Positions 39,770 through 48,793 of a stretch of DNA of 64,000 bases are shown here, piece after piece. The stretch's first letter is position 1. Every line of letters starts with the position of its first letter. Origin of the DNA: Candidatus Hydrogenedentota bacterium (lineage in GTDB: Bacteria; Hydrogenedentota; Hydrogenedentia; Hydrogenedentales; SLHB01). The stretch is from positions 1,312,001 through 1,376,000 of the forward strand of contig CAXXYE010000009.1 of assembly GCA_963674865.2 (NCBI GenBank). The letters run 5' to 3'. The translations under genes were made by a program, and so were the position numbers. The notes below the pieces were generated by a model, which was not told the DNA's origin, ran no database searches, and was given only the letters and a program-made list of their open reading frames with translations.

Positions 39770-42643
39770 ATGAGAGTCGGTACGGCGATTACCTCCTTCT
39801 CGACGGGGCACCCCCGCCTGGTAACCGCGGGAATGCTCGCCATCACCCTGCTCCTGGCCTTGTTGGCGGCGCTGCCGTCTCTCTGGCCCGACGCGTTCCC
39901 CATGCTCTCGCCAATCAAGGTGGACACCGATCCGGAGAACATGTTGAGCAAAGAGGAGGTCGTGCGCGTCTTCCATAACAGGATGAAGCGGCTCTTCTCA
40001 TTGAACGACATGGTGGTGCTCGGGGTGGTCAATGAGACGGATGCCAATGGCGTGTTCAACGTTCAGTCGCTCCGGGACATCTATGACCTCACGCAATACG
40101 CTTTGACGTTGAACGGGGCCGCGATTGGCGTCGACGATCCCGAGGCGGGAGTTATCGAGGCGGATGTTATCGCGCCATCGACGGTGGACAACATCGAGCA
40201 GGGCCGTGTGGGCGTCGTCAAGTTCGAGTGGCTTATGCCTAAGCCGCCCGAAACGGACGCGGATGCGCTGGCGGTGCGTGACAAGGCGCTCCGAATCCCA
40301 TTCCTCAAGGACACCATGCTAAGTGAGAATGGCCGGGCGCTGGCGATCTACCTTCCGCTGACGTCGAAGCGCCTGAGCTACAAGGTGTATTCGAAGCTCC
40401 GGGCGCGGATTGGCGAGCTTGAGGGCGATGATCGCTACTTCATCACGGGACTGCCGGTGGCCAACGATGTGTTTGGCGTCGAGATGTTCATACAGATGGC
40501 GATCTCAGCGCCTTTGGCTATGCTCGTGATCTTCGTGCTGATGCTCATCTTCTTCCGGAAACTCATCCTCATTGTCTCTCCGATGATCGTCGCGATGGTC
40601 TCGGTGATCTGCACGATGGGCGGGCTCATCGTCTCCGGCAACACGATCCACATCATGAGCTCGATGATCCCCATCTTCATCATGCCCATTGCCGTTCTGG
40701 ACTCCATCCACATCCTGTCGGAGTTCTTCGAGCGCTACCAGGAGACGAAGAATCGCCGGGAAACCGTCCTTAACGTGATGGAGACGCTTTTCACGCCCAT
40801 GCTCTATACCTCGCTGACCTCCGCGGCGGGTTTCGCTTCGCTGGCGCTTACGCCGATTCCACCCGTCCAGGTGTTCGGCATGTTTGTGGCGGTGGGCGTC
40901 ATGTTGGCGTGGCTGCTTACGGTTACCTTCATCCCTGCCTTCGTCATGTTCATCCCGGAGAAGCGCCTGGCCAACTTCGGTGTGGCGCACACGCCGGAGA
41001 GCGACGCGAACCGGCGTCCGACCCTCGTCGGACGGCTCATGTCCGCTACTGGCCGCTTCACCTATGATCATGCGAAGCTTGTCCTGGCGTGCGCGGCCAT
41101 TACGGGCGTCATCGCCGCCTACGGGATCAGCAGGATTCAGATCAACGACAATCCCACAAAGTGGTTCAAGAAGTCACATCCCATCCGCGTGGCGGACCAC
41201 GTGCTCAATAAGCACTTCGGCGGCACGTACATGGCCTATCTGGCCCTCCGGCCGGTTGGTGAGGAGGCGGCTGCCGAGGAGATGGTTCAACCTGTGCCCG
41301 TTGTCGAGGACGCCCCGGCCGCTTCCGAGCCTGATTTGCCTGCCGGCCTGGGCGGCGCTGACTCGGCGCCGGCGCTTCCGGCAGGACTGGGGGAGACGTC
41401 CGAGCCGGCTCTTCCGGCCGGGCTTGGCGGCCTCGATTTACCGGAGCCGCCCGCCGCGGCGGCGCCCGATGCGTACGCTCCCGCCAAGCCGGAGGTCTTC
41501 AAGAATCCCGAGGTGCTCAGGTACATCAGCGACTTGCAGCAGCATCTGTTGACTACCGGCGTTGTGGGTAAATCGAACTCGCTGACGGATATCGTTAAGA
41601 CGGTTCACCGTGAACTCATTGACGGTTCGCAGGAGCAGTTCCGCATTCCCGACTCCTCCGCTGCCGTCGCTCAATGCCTGCTTCAATACCAGAGCAGCCA
41701 CCGCCCGCGGGATCTATGGCACCTTGTGACGCCGGACTACCGCCAGTCCAGCATTTGGGTGCAGCTAAAGAGCGGCGACAACAAGGATATGACGAAGGTC
41801 GTCGAGGCCCTGGATGCCTATATGGCGGCCCATCCCGCACGCTTCGACGCGGGCGAGGCCGGGGAAACCGTCGAACTCGAGCACGAGTGGTTCGGCCTTA
41901 CGTACATCAACGTCGTTTGGCAGGAGAAGATGGTTAGTGGTATGCTCCAGGCTTTTCTCGGCAGCTTCCTTGTCGTGCTCTTCATGATGATCGTTCTGTT
42001 CCGCTCCGGCCTGTGGGGCATTCTGTCGATGTTGCCGCTTACCATCACCATCGGCCTGATCTATGGCGTCATCGGCCTTATCGGGAAAGACTACGATATG
42101 CCCGTGGCAGTGTTGTCCTCGTTAACGCTCGGCCTCGCCATCGACTTCGCCATTCATTTCCTCGCACGAGCGCGGGCGCTGCACGCTGAGCACGGTTCCT
42201 GGGCCGCTGCGCACGGCCCGGCCTTCGGTGAACCGGCCCGTGCCATCGCGCGGAACGTGATTGTCATCGCCGTGGGTTTCCTGCCGCTCCTCTTCGCGCC
42301 CCTCGTGCCGTACATCACCGTGGGCGTGTTCCTGGCCTCGATTCTGCTGGTTTCCGGCGTGGGTACGCTGCTTATTCTCCCGGCCCTTGTGCGGGTCCTT
42401 GAGCCGCTCCTGTTCCCGAAAACCAGCCTGTGTTGCGTGACCTGCCACTGCGGCACCTGCATCCTGACGGGAGTGGTTGCGGTGCTGCTTGTGGCGGTGA
42501 ATGTACATCAATTCTTCGCCGTCGGATGGACAAATCTGACGTGGTTTAGCCTAGGCGTGCTCCCAGCCTTGGCGGGGATATGTGCGCTGATGTCGCACCG
42601 AGAGAAGTGCCGTGCGCGGACGCGGGAAGACGCAAATCCGTAG
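39770..42643 (+). CDS. MMPL/RND family transporter
   Basis: Two TM bundles; AVLDSIHIL and GLAIDFAIHF (RND Asp motifs); DTDPENML. Confidence 0.9.
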   Translation: MRVGTAITSFSTGHPRLVTAGMLAITLLLALLAALPSLWPDAFPMLSPIKVDTDPENMLSKEEVVRVFHNRMKRLFSLNDMVVLGVVNETDANGVFNVQSLRDIYDLTQYALTLNGAAIGVDDPEAGVIEADVIAPSTVDNIEQGRVGVVKFEWLMPKPPETDADALAVRDKALRIPFLKDTMLSENGRALAIYLPLTSKRLSYKVYSKLRARIGELEGDDRYFITGLPVANDVFGVEMFIQMAISAPLAMLVIFVLMLIFFRKLILIVSPMIVAMVSVICTMGGLIVSGNTIHIMSSMIPIFIMPIAVLDSIHILSEFFERYQETKNRRETVLNVMETLFTPMLYTSLTSAAGFASLALTPIPPVQVFGMFVAVGVMLAWLLTVTFIPAFVMFIPEKRLANFGVAHTPESDANRRPTLVGRLMSATGRFTYDHAKLVLACAAITGVIAAYGISRIQINDNPTKWFKKSHPIRVADHVLNKHFGGTYMAYLALRPVGEEAAAEEMVQPVPVVEDAPAASEPDLPAGLGGADSAPALPAGLGETSEPALPAGLGGLDLPEPPAAAAPDAYAPAKPEVFKNPEVLRYISDLQQHLLTTGVVGKSNSLTDIVKTVHRELIDGSQEQFRIPDSSAAVAQCLLQYQSSHRPRDLWHLVTPDYRQSSIWVQLKSGDNKDMTKVVEALDAYMAAHPARFDAGEAGETVELEHEWFGLTYINVVWQEKMVSGMLQAFLGSFLVVLFMMIVLFRSGLWGILSMLPLTITIGLIYGVIGLIGKDYDMPVAVLSSLTLGLAIDFAIHFLARARALHAEHGSWAAAHGPAFGEPARAIARNVIVIAVGFLPLLFAPLVPYITVGVFLASILLVSGVGTLLILPALVRVLEPLLFPKTSLCCVTCHCGTCILTGVVAVLLVAVNVHQFFAVGWTNLTWFSLGVLPALAGICALMSHREKCRARTREDANP

Positions 42644-42678
42644 TGCCCGCGCCGGTTGCTGAAGCAAGGAGAGAAGCT

Positions 42679-43479
42679 ATGAAACTGCGAGTCGGTATGG
42701 CGATGACTGCCGCGGCGATGCTGGTTTGGCTGGCGGGATCCGCGCAGGCGCAGGCGACGCCGTCGGTTGATGAAATCGTGAAGAAAACCAACCACATGGC
42801 CTACTACCAGGGCAAGGATGGTGTGGCCCGTGTGAAGATGACGATTACCGATAAGCAAGGCCGGGCGCGAACCAAGGCCTTCACGATCCTGCGTATGAAC
42901 AAGGATGAGCAGGACAGAGAGCAGAACTTCTATGTCTATTTCCACGAGCCGGCCGACGAGCGAGGTACGACGTTCATGGTGCATAAACACGTCGGCGCGG
43001 ATGACGACCGCTGGCTCTACCTGCCCGCTCTCGATCTCGTGAAGCAGATCGCCGCCAGCGATGAGCGCACCAGCTTCGTCGGTTCGCACTTTTTCTACGA
43101 GGATGTATCAGGGCGCGGAACCGATGAAGATAAGCACGAGCTGGCCGAGACGACCGACACGTACTATGTCCTCAAGAACACGCCCAAAAAGCCCGACCTC
43201 GTCGAGTTCGACTACTACACCATGTGGATTCACAAGGCGACGTTTATCCCTGTCAAGATCGCCTACACGAAGGGCGGCGAGGAATACCGCGTGGTGCAGG
43301 TGTTGGGCGTGAAAGATATTCAAGGCTACAAGACTGTCGTCAAGTCGCAGATCGAGGACACGAAGATTGGCGGCAAGACCGTTCTGGACTATGAGACGGT
43401 GAAATACGACCTCGGCCTGCCGGCCGAGATCTTCACGGAGCGCTATCTGAGGAAGCCGCCGCGGGAGTATCTCGAGTAG
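42679..43479 (+). CDS. Periplasmic LolA-like 'outer membrane lipoprotein-sorting' protein
   Basis: Signal peptide AQA, DDRWLYLPALDLVKQIA, SFVGSHFFYED, FTERYL. Confidence 0.85.
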   Translation: MKLRVGMAMTAAAMLVWLAGSAQAQATPSVDEIVKKTNHMAYYQGKDGVARVKMTITDKQGRARTKAFTILRMNKDEQDREQNFYVYFHEPADERGTTFMVHKHVGADDDRWLYLPALDLVKQIAASDERTSFVGSHFFYEDVSGRGTDEDKHELAETTDTYYVLKNTPKKPDLVEFDYYTMWIHKATFIPVKIAYTKGGEEYRVVQVLGVKDIQGYKTVVKSQIEDTKIGGKTVLDYETVKYDLGLPAEIFTERYLRKPPREYLE

Positions 43480-43524
43480 TCCGCGCGCGATGCCTGCCGC
43501 AAGTCGGCCAACCGGGGATACTGT

Positions 43525-44982
43525 ATGGTAAGACGACGTATCATTACGCTTGTTCTGCTGGGGATGTTTCTTTCCGGCCTTGCCGCCGGCGAAGACGGGC
43601 CCGCCCTGCCGCCTGGACTGGGTGAGGAAACCGTTGAGCCGGCGCTTCCGGCCGGACTCGGGGAGGCAAATCCCGCTTTGCCGCCGGGACTGGGTGGTGA
43701 AGCCCCGGGCGAAGGCCCCGCCCTGCCGCCGGGACTCGGTGAAACTGAACATGCGGCGTCTCTTGAGGGCGAGAGCAAAGGCAAGCGGCTAACGGAGTGG
43801 CTGCCGTTCCCGCTCCACGGATTCTGGGAAGTCCGCGCGGGACTCCGGACGCAGGCAGATCCTGCTCAGCCCAGCGATGCTACCATCGGCGAGACTCGTC
43901 TTCAGCTCGAGACAGAAACGTCGTTGAAAGGCGCCGTCATCGACTTCACCGGGGATCTCTACGGGGATGCCATCGTGGACGGCCTGGACTTCGATCTGAG
44001 AAGACTTCGCCTGACATGGACGCCCGTTGACGCAGTGGACATCCGCGCGGGGCGGCAAGTACTCACCTGGGGAACGGGCGACATGCTCTTCATCAACGAC
44101 TTGTTCCCGAAAGATTGGCAGTCCTTCTTCATCGGACGTGACGTTGAATACCTGAAGGCCCCGTCGGATTCCATCAAGATCGGCGTTTTTTCCGACGTTT
44201 TCAACGTGGATTTCGTCTATACGCCCCAGTTTGCGCCGGATCGCTACATCACCGGCGAACGCATCAGCTACTGGAGCCCCTTGCTTGGCCGCCGTGCCGG
44301 TGAAGACAACCAGGCGCGTACCAACCCGCCAAGTGATTGGTTCGAGGATGACGAGTTCGCCTGGCGCATTTACCGCACTCAAGGCGCCTACCAGTTCACG
44401 CTGTACGGCTATTCCGGATACTGGAAGAGTCCGGCCGGTATGCGGCTCGTCACCAACCAGGCCACTTTCCCGAAACTCAACGTGTACGGGGCAAGTGTAC
44501 GAGGCACCGTGGGGAAAGGCATCGGCAACATCGAAGTCGGCTATTACGACTCGCGCCAGGATCGTGACGGCGACGACCCGTTCATCAACAACAGCGAGTT
44601 CCGCCTGCTCATCGGTTATGAGCAGGAACTGGCCAAGGAATTCACGGGCGGCTTCCAGTACTATCTCGAGCACATGATGGACTACAGCGCTTACAAGAAC
44701 ACCCGTCTGTTCTTGATGCCCCAACGTGATCGCGATCGCCACGTCTTCACGGCTCGGCTCACCAAGCTGCTCATGAACCAGAACCTGACGCTCTCTCTCT
44801 TCACGTACTACAGCCCCTCCGACGGCGATGCCTATCTTCGGCCCAAGGCGTCGTACAAGGCGTCCGATCGATGGACGCTCGAGGCCGGTGGCAATGTCTT
44901 CCTCGGCGAGGCCGACACAACTTTCTTCGGGCAGTTCGAGGACAACACGAACGTTTACGCGGGGGCGAGGTATTCGTTCTGA
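43525..44982 (+). CDS. Outer-membrane beta-barrel protein (DUF1302-like)
   Basis: Signal peptide, GRQVLTWG, amphipathic strands, terminal YSF. Confidence 0.75.
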   Translation: MVRRRIITLVLLGMFLSGLAAGEDGPALPPGLGEETVEPALPAGLGEANPALPPGLGGEAPGEGPALPPGLGETEHAASLEGESKGKRLTEWLPFPLHGFWEVRAGLRTQADPAQPSDATIGETRLQLETETSLKGAVIDFTGDLYGDAIVDGLDFDLRRLRLTWTPVDAVDIRAGRQVLTWGTGDMLFINDLFPKDWQSFFIGRDVEYLKAPSDSIKIGVFSDVFNVDFVYTPQFAPDRYITGERISYWSPLLGRRAGEDNQARTNPPSDWFEDDEFAWRIYRTQGAYQFTLYGYSGYWKSPAGMRLVTNQATFPKLNVYGASVRGTVGKGIGNIEVGYYDSRQDRDGDDPFINNSEFRLLIGYEQELAKEFTGGFQYYLEHMMDYSAYKNTRLFLMPQRDRDRHVFTARLTKLLMNQNLTLSLFTYYSPSDGDAYLRPKASYKASDRWTLEAGGNVFLGEADTTFFGQFEDNTNVYAGARYSF

Positions 44983-45020
44983 GGGAGCTGCGCTTCCGGT
45001 TTATCCAGCCAGGGCCGCTT

Positions 45021-46064
45021 CTACGCCGGAGCAGACGGTTGAGCTCTGTGTCGATGCAGCGCCCCAGTCTCGCGGCGGTGGCTCAGAAAGTACTTCGTCA
45101 CGGCAAGGACGTACGCCAAGGCCATGGCCAGTTGCGCGAGGAAGGTGGGGAGTATCGTGGACTGCGAGAAGACAGTCATCTCCATCAGAGCATCCGGCAT
45201 CGCCGGGCCGGCAATCACGGCTTTCTGGCTGTCGCGTAGGCCCGTGCCGAATAGGGTAAGTGAGATCGAAATGCCGAGTACCACGATGATACCGATAGTC
45301 CCGAGCCAGGCGGTAAGCCGGCGTTTGTAGTTGCCGTAGGCCAATACGAGGAGTATCGCCATGGTGAGCATAAAGAGGAGCAGCCCCCTGCTTCCTCCCA
45401 CCATGGCGCCGAAGAGTGGGAAGGCGCCGAGCTCCTGCGCCAGCGCAAGGCACATGTAGGAGGCGTAGACGGTGCCGATACTCACGCCCAGGATGGGGGC
45501 GGGGCAGCGCTCCGTCCAAGGGGCCCTCGGGCCCTTCGCCTCACAAGTCGCCTTGACGTGCGGGCTTTGGTAGAAGAGCACCATGGCACACGGCAATACG
45601 ACATGGGGGAAGATCGTCATGCCGAACAAGCCGATCATGGCAAGTTGGCGGAAACCCGGAGGCAAACCCATCGCCATGAGCATCGTCAGGAGTTTTCCGG
45701 AACAAAGGAGCATGGCCACAAAAGATACAGCACCTGTTGCCAGCTCTATCCACGAGACAACAAGGATGACTGCTCTGGCCCAACGCCGGTAGAGAATCGA
45801 TCCGATGCCGGCCCATATGCGATACGCCGCCATCGTTAAGCCGAGCGCGGCGGCAATCAGCGGCCAACGCAGGCCCGGCATGTCAACGGCCGTTGAACCC
45901 GATTCTGTCTGGGAAGATCTAAACGCCGCGTAAACCACGATCAGTGCGCCAAGCATCCCGAGCATCACCTGCAGGAAGCCAAACACGACAAGGCCTACGG
46001 TTCGATCCTTGGAAGTTCTCGATATCCCCGCGCGCCTCACATTCTTCATTGCCCCCGGCTCCAT
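45021..46064 (-). CDS. Hypothetical polytopic membrane protein
   Basis: About 8 hydrophobic segments. Start codon uncertain. Confidence 0.6.
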   Translation of the reverse strand: MEPGAMKNVRRAGISRTSKDRTVGLVVFGFLQVMLGMLGALIVVYAAFRSSQTESGSTAVDMPGLRWPLIAAALGLTMAAYRIWAGIGSILYRRWARAVILVVSWIELATGAVSFVAMLLCSGKLLTMLMAMGLPPGFRQLAMIGLFGMTIFPHVVLPCAMVLFYQSPHVKATCEAKGPRAPWTERCPAPILGVSIGTVYASYMCLALAQELGAFPLFGAMVGGSRGLLLFMLTMAILLVLAYGNYKRRLTAWLGTIGIIVVLGISISLTLFGTGLRDSQKAVIAGPAMPDALMEMTVFSQSTILPTFLAQLAMALAYVLAVTKYFLSHRRETGALHRHRAQPSAPA

Positions 46065-46284
46065 CTGATGTCCAACGGCCCCAGCGATACTTGGAGCAGT
46101 CCCTGTACTGTGGGCCAATCTACACCATCAACACGGACTAGTCCAACATGAAACGCAGGAAACGCCGAAGATTCAGCTTAACCGAGAGGTACAGGCCGGA
46201 GTGAAACCTAGTCCTTGCTCTCGATGGGCTTGTATGCGGTGGCCGGCGCAGGGCGCGCCTGGACGCGGCGAGGGAGAAGCCTCT

Positions 46285-46569
46285 TCAGGCTTCCTCGAAG
46301 CCGATGCTGAACATGCGTTCGAGATCGTGATTGCTATACGCCCGAAACGCGAGAAGTGTGGTGGTTTTGGTGATGGTTTCGATCTTCAGCATGTGGCTCG
46401 TGACGATATCCGCCATTTCATCGTTCGTCTTGACGCGAACGATGGCGGCCAAGTCCCAGTCACCCGCCACGGAGTAAACCTCTGCCACGCCCTTGAGCTC
46501 CAAGAGCGCTTGGGCTGTTTCGTTGATCGCGTCCCGGCGAACGTTCATCAGGATGATGCCCGTTACCAT
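46285..46569 (-). CDS. Stand-alone Lrp/AsnC ligand-binding (RAM) domain protein
   Basis: GVAEVYSVAGDWDL motif; no HTH. Confidence 0.85.
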   Translation of the reverse strand: MVTGIILMNVRRDAINETAQALLELKGVAEVYSVAGDWDLAAIVRVKTNDEMADIVTSHMLKIETITKTTTLLAFRAYSNHDLERMFSIGFEEA

Positions 46570-46596
46570 GTCCCACCCCTTTCTTTCCTTGGCCGG

Positions 46597-47388
46597 TTAG
46601 CCTTCGCCTTCGAGGTACGCGCGCAAGGTGGTTACATTGTGCAGTCCTACCTCCTCCGCGGGGCCGCAGTGGTTTTCGATAGTGACGTGTTCGACAATTC
46701 CGTCGCGCTGCAAGGCGGCCATCTGCCCACGCCAATCGCAGACGCCCTCGCCGATGGGCCGCCACTCCGTCGTGCCGTTCGGCAAGATGGCGACGTCCTT
46801 GGCGTGTACGTTGAAGATGTGCGGTTTCACAAGCTCGTATCCGTCCGGGAATCCCGCCGCCGCGCCCTCTTTGAGGTTTCCGAGATCCCAGTTGGCGCCT
46901 AAGCTCGGGTGATCGATGCGCTTCAGGAGGCTGGCAATCCGCTCCGGCGTATTCAACTTGATATGCGTCTCGTTCTCGACGGCCGCCGTCAGCCGGCGCT
47001 CTTCCAGGCGATCGGCGAGGCGGCGAAGAAGCTCGATAGCGCCGTCGTCATCGCCGGTATCCAACTCGAAGCCGAAGCAGATGAGCAGGGGGACCTCGCA
47101 GCCTTCCATGAAGTCCATGGCGATGTCGAGGCCCTCGCCGAGGGCGTAGGCGATATGGGCCTCATCGGCCAAGTGGCACTTGAAGAAGCCGGGGGATACG
47201 GCGGTGTACCGGATTTCGTATTCCTCCCGAAGCGCGGCCAGGTGATCGAGCGTATCGTCCGTGTGCCTCGGAAAACGCACGCCTCGTGCGTTTCGGATCT
47301 CGAAATCGTGGATGCCCCACGCCAAGGCCATCTCGATGGCCTCGCGCGGCTCCTGGCTCAACTCATCCGTGACGATACCGAATCGCAT
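46597..47388 (-). CDS. Sugar phosphate isomerase/epimerase (xylose-isomerase-like TIM barrel)
   Basis: TDE, VENE, WDLGN, HAKD, TIENH metal ligands. Confidence 0.85.
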   Translation of the reverse strand: MRFGIVTDELSQEPREAIEMALAWGIHDFEIRNARGVRFPRHTDDTLDHLAALREEYEIRYTAVSPGFFKCHLADEAHIAYALGEGLDIAMDFMEGCEVPLLICFGFELDTGDDDGAIELLRRLADRLEERRLTAAVENETHIKLNTPERIASLLKRIDHPSLGANWDLGNLKEGAAAGFPDGYELVKPHIFNVHAKDVAILPNGTTEWRPIGEGVCDWRGQMAALQRDGIVEHVTIENHCGPAEEVGLHNVTTLRAYLEGEG

Positions 47389-47424
47389 GTGTGTTCCTTT
47401 CCTAACAAGTAGCCGAGAGCCGGT

Positions 47425-48486
47425 TTAGAATTTCCCATCCCGCGTCTCGTAATGCGTCGGCTTGCCCAAGGTGCTGCCTTCCGCCTTGAGCCACTGCGCC
47501 ACCCATTCGACGAGCGTGTCCACGCTTACTGAGGGATAGCCGAAGAGTCTGTGGCAGTGGGTCGCATTGCTCAGGAGCGCCGTGGGCGCCTCCTCACCGG
47601 TGAAGCGCGGCTTCTTGCCGAGGAGCTCCCCGAGGCGTGTTGCCATCCACCGGATGGACACCTGCTCGGGCCCGGTTACGTTAAGTATGCGCGGTGGGGA
47701 ATCGGCCAACGCCAGGCTCTGCAGGGCCACGGCGTTGGCGTAGCCTTGCCAGATGACGTTGACGCAGCCGGTGGCAAGATTGATAGGGGTGCCGTTCCAC
47801 ACCTGGGTGGCCACGTCCAGCACGATCCCGTAGCGCAGTTCCGCGGCGTAGTTCAGGCGGTAGTGGAGCACTTTGGCGCCTGCATTGTGCGAGTAGTAGT
47901 CGAACATCCGTTCACGGCCCAGGCACGACATGGCGTACTCCCCCACGGGATTGGGGATGGTCGCCTCGGTGGCGCCGCCCGAACCGGTGCCGACGAAGGG
48001 ATAGATATTGCCCGATGAGAAGGCGACGATTCTCGAATTGCGGTAGCGGCCGGCGGCGAGTCCCGCCAGTAGAACGTTGACGGCCCAGGTATTCCATTCC
48101 GCCCCGGTCGAGCCGAACTTCTGCCCGAGCATATAGATGACGTTCTCCGCGTCCGGCAGCTTGTCAAAGGCCCCGGGGGCGAGCAAATCGGTCTTGATCG
48201 TCTGGAGGCCAAGCGACTTGAGATGCTGTTGGACGCCCTTCTCGAATACGGCGGAAACAGCGGTGACAGTAGATTTCGAGCCCGCCTCCGCCACGGCGCG
48301 CCCGGCCATCTGAGCCAGTGTCGGCCCCACCTTGCCGCCCGCGCCGAGGATGAGCAGATTGCCTTTGAGCTTGCCCATGCTCTCGATGACGCCCGGCGTG
48401 GGCTCGGAGAGCAGGCTTTCCAGTTCCTTCACGTTCTTGAGCGATTTGGGCAAGACACTTCCTGAGACACGTTTCTTTGGGGGCAT
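47425..48486 (-). CDS. NAD-dependent epimerase/dehydratase (atypical extended SDR)
   Basis: LGAGGKVG, SSGNIY, EYAMSCLGRER, RLNYA. Confidence 0.85.
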   Translation of the reverse strand: MPPKKRVSGSVLPKSLKNVKELESLLSEPTPGVIESMGKLKGNLLILGAGGKVGPTLAQMAGRAVAEAGSKSTVTAVSAVFEKGVQQHLKSLGLQTIKTDLLAPGAFDKLPDAENVIYMLGQKFGSTGAEWNTWAVNVLLAGLAAGRYRNSRIVAFSSGNIYPFVGTGSGGATEATIPNPVGEYAMSCLGRERMFDYYSHNAGAKVLHYRLNYAAELRYGIVLDVATQVWNGTPINLATGCVNVIWQGYANAVALQSLALADSPPRILNVTGPEQVSIRWMATRLGELLGKKPRFTGEEAPTALLSNATHCHRLFGYPSVSVDTLVEWVAQWLKAEGSTLGKPTHYETRDGKF

Positions 48487-48793
48487 ACCTTTATTCCTTT
48501 CGCCTTTGCAGCAATGCATTCTGCCATAGACTTGCGGAGGTTTGCCAGACTACGGCGCAGGCGTTACAATGACCCCCAGCGGCCGGGTTGCCAAGGGTGC
48601 CGCGCCCGAAGTTGTTTGAGGACAGTACCTTCGCGATAGGGCCGCTTCTCCATTGGGCAAAGCCCCGTTTTGTGGGAAGTGCCGTCGTTGAGCTGTTGGC
48701 GCGCGGCGTGTGCGGATTGGCTGGCGAACGGGGCATAGCCTCTGGGCGTTGGGCGCAGGGGAAACGTTCCTTAGGACAAGAGGAGCATGAATC

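Noticed and set aside
42434..42448. CxxCH (CVTCH) heme-c motif in the MMPL tail
   Set aside because: It is predicted to be cytoplasmic after the last RND helix and is embedded in a larger Cys cluster, so heme attachment is unlikely.
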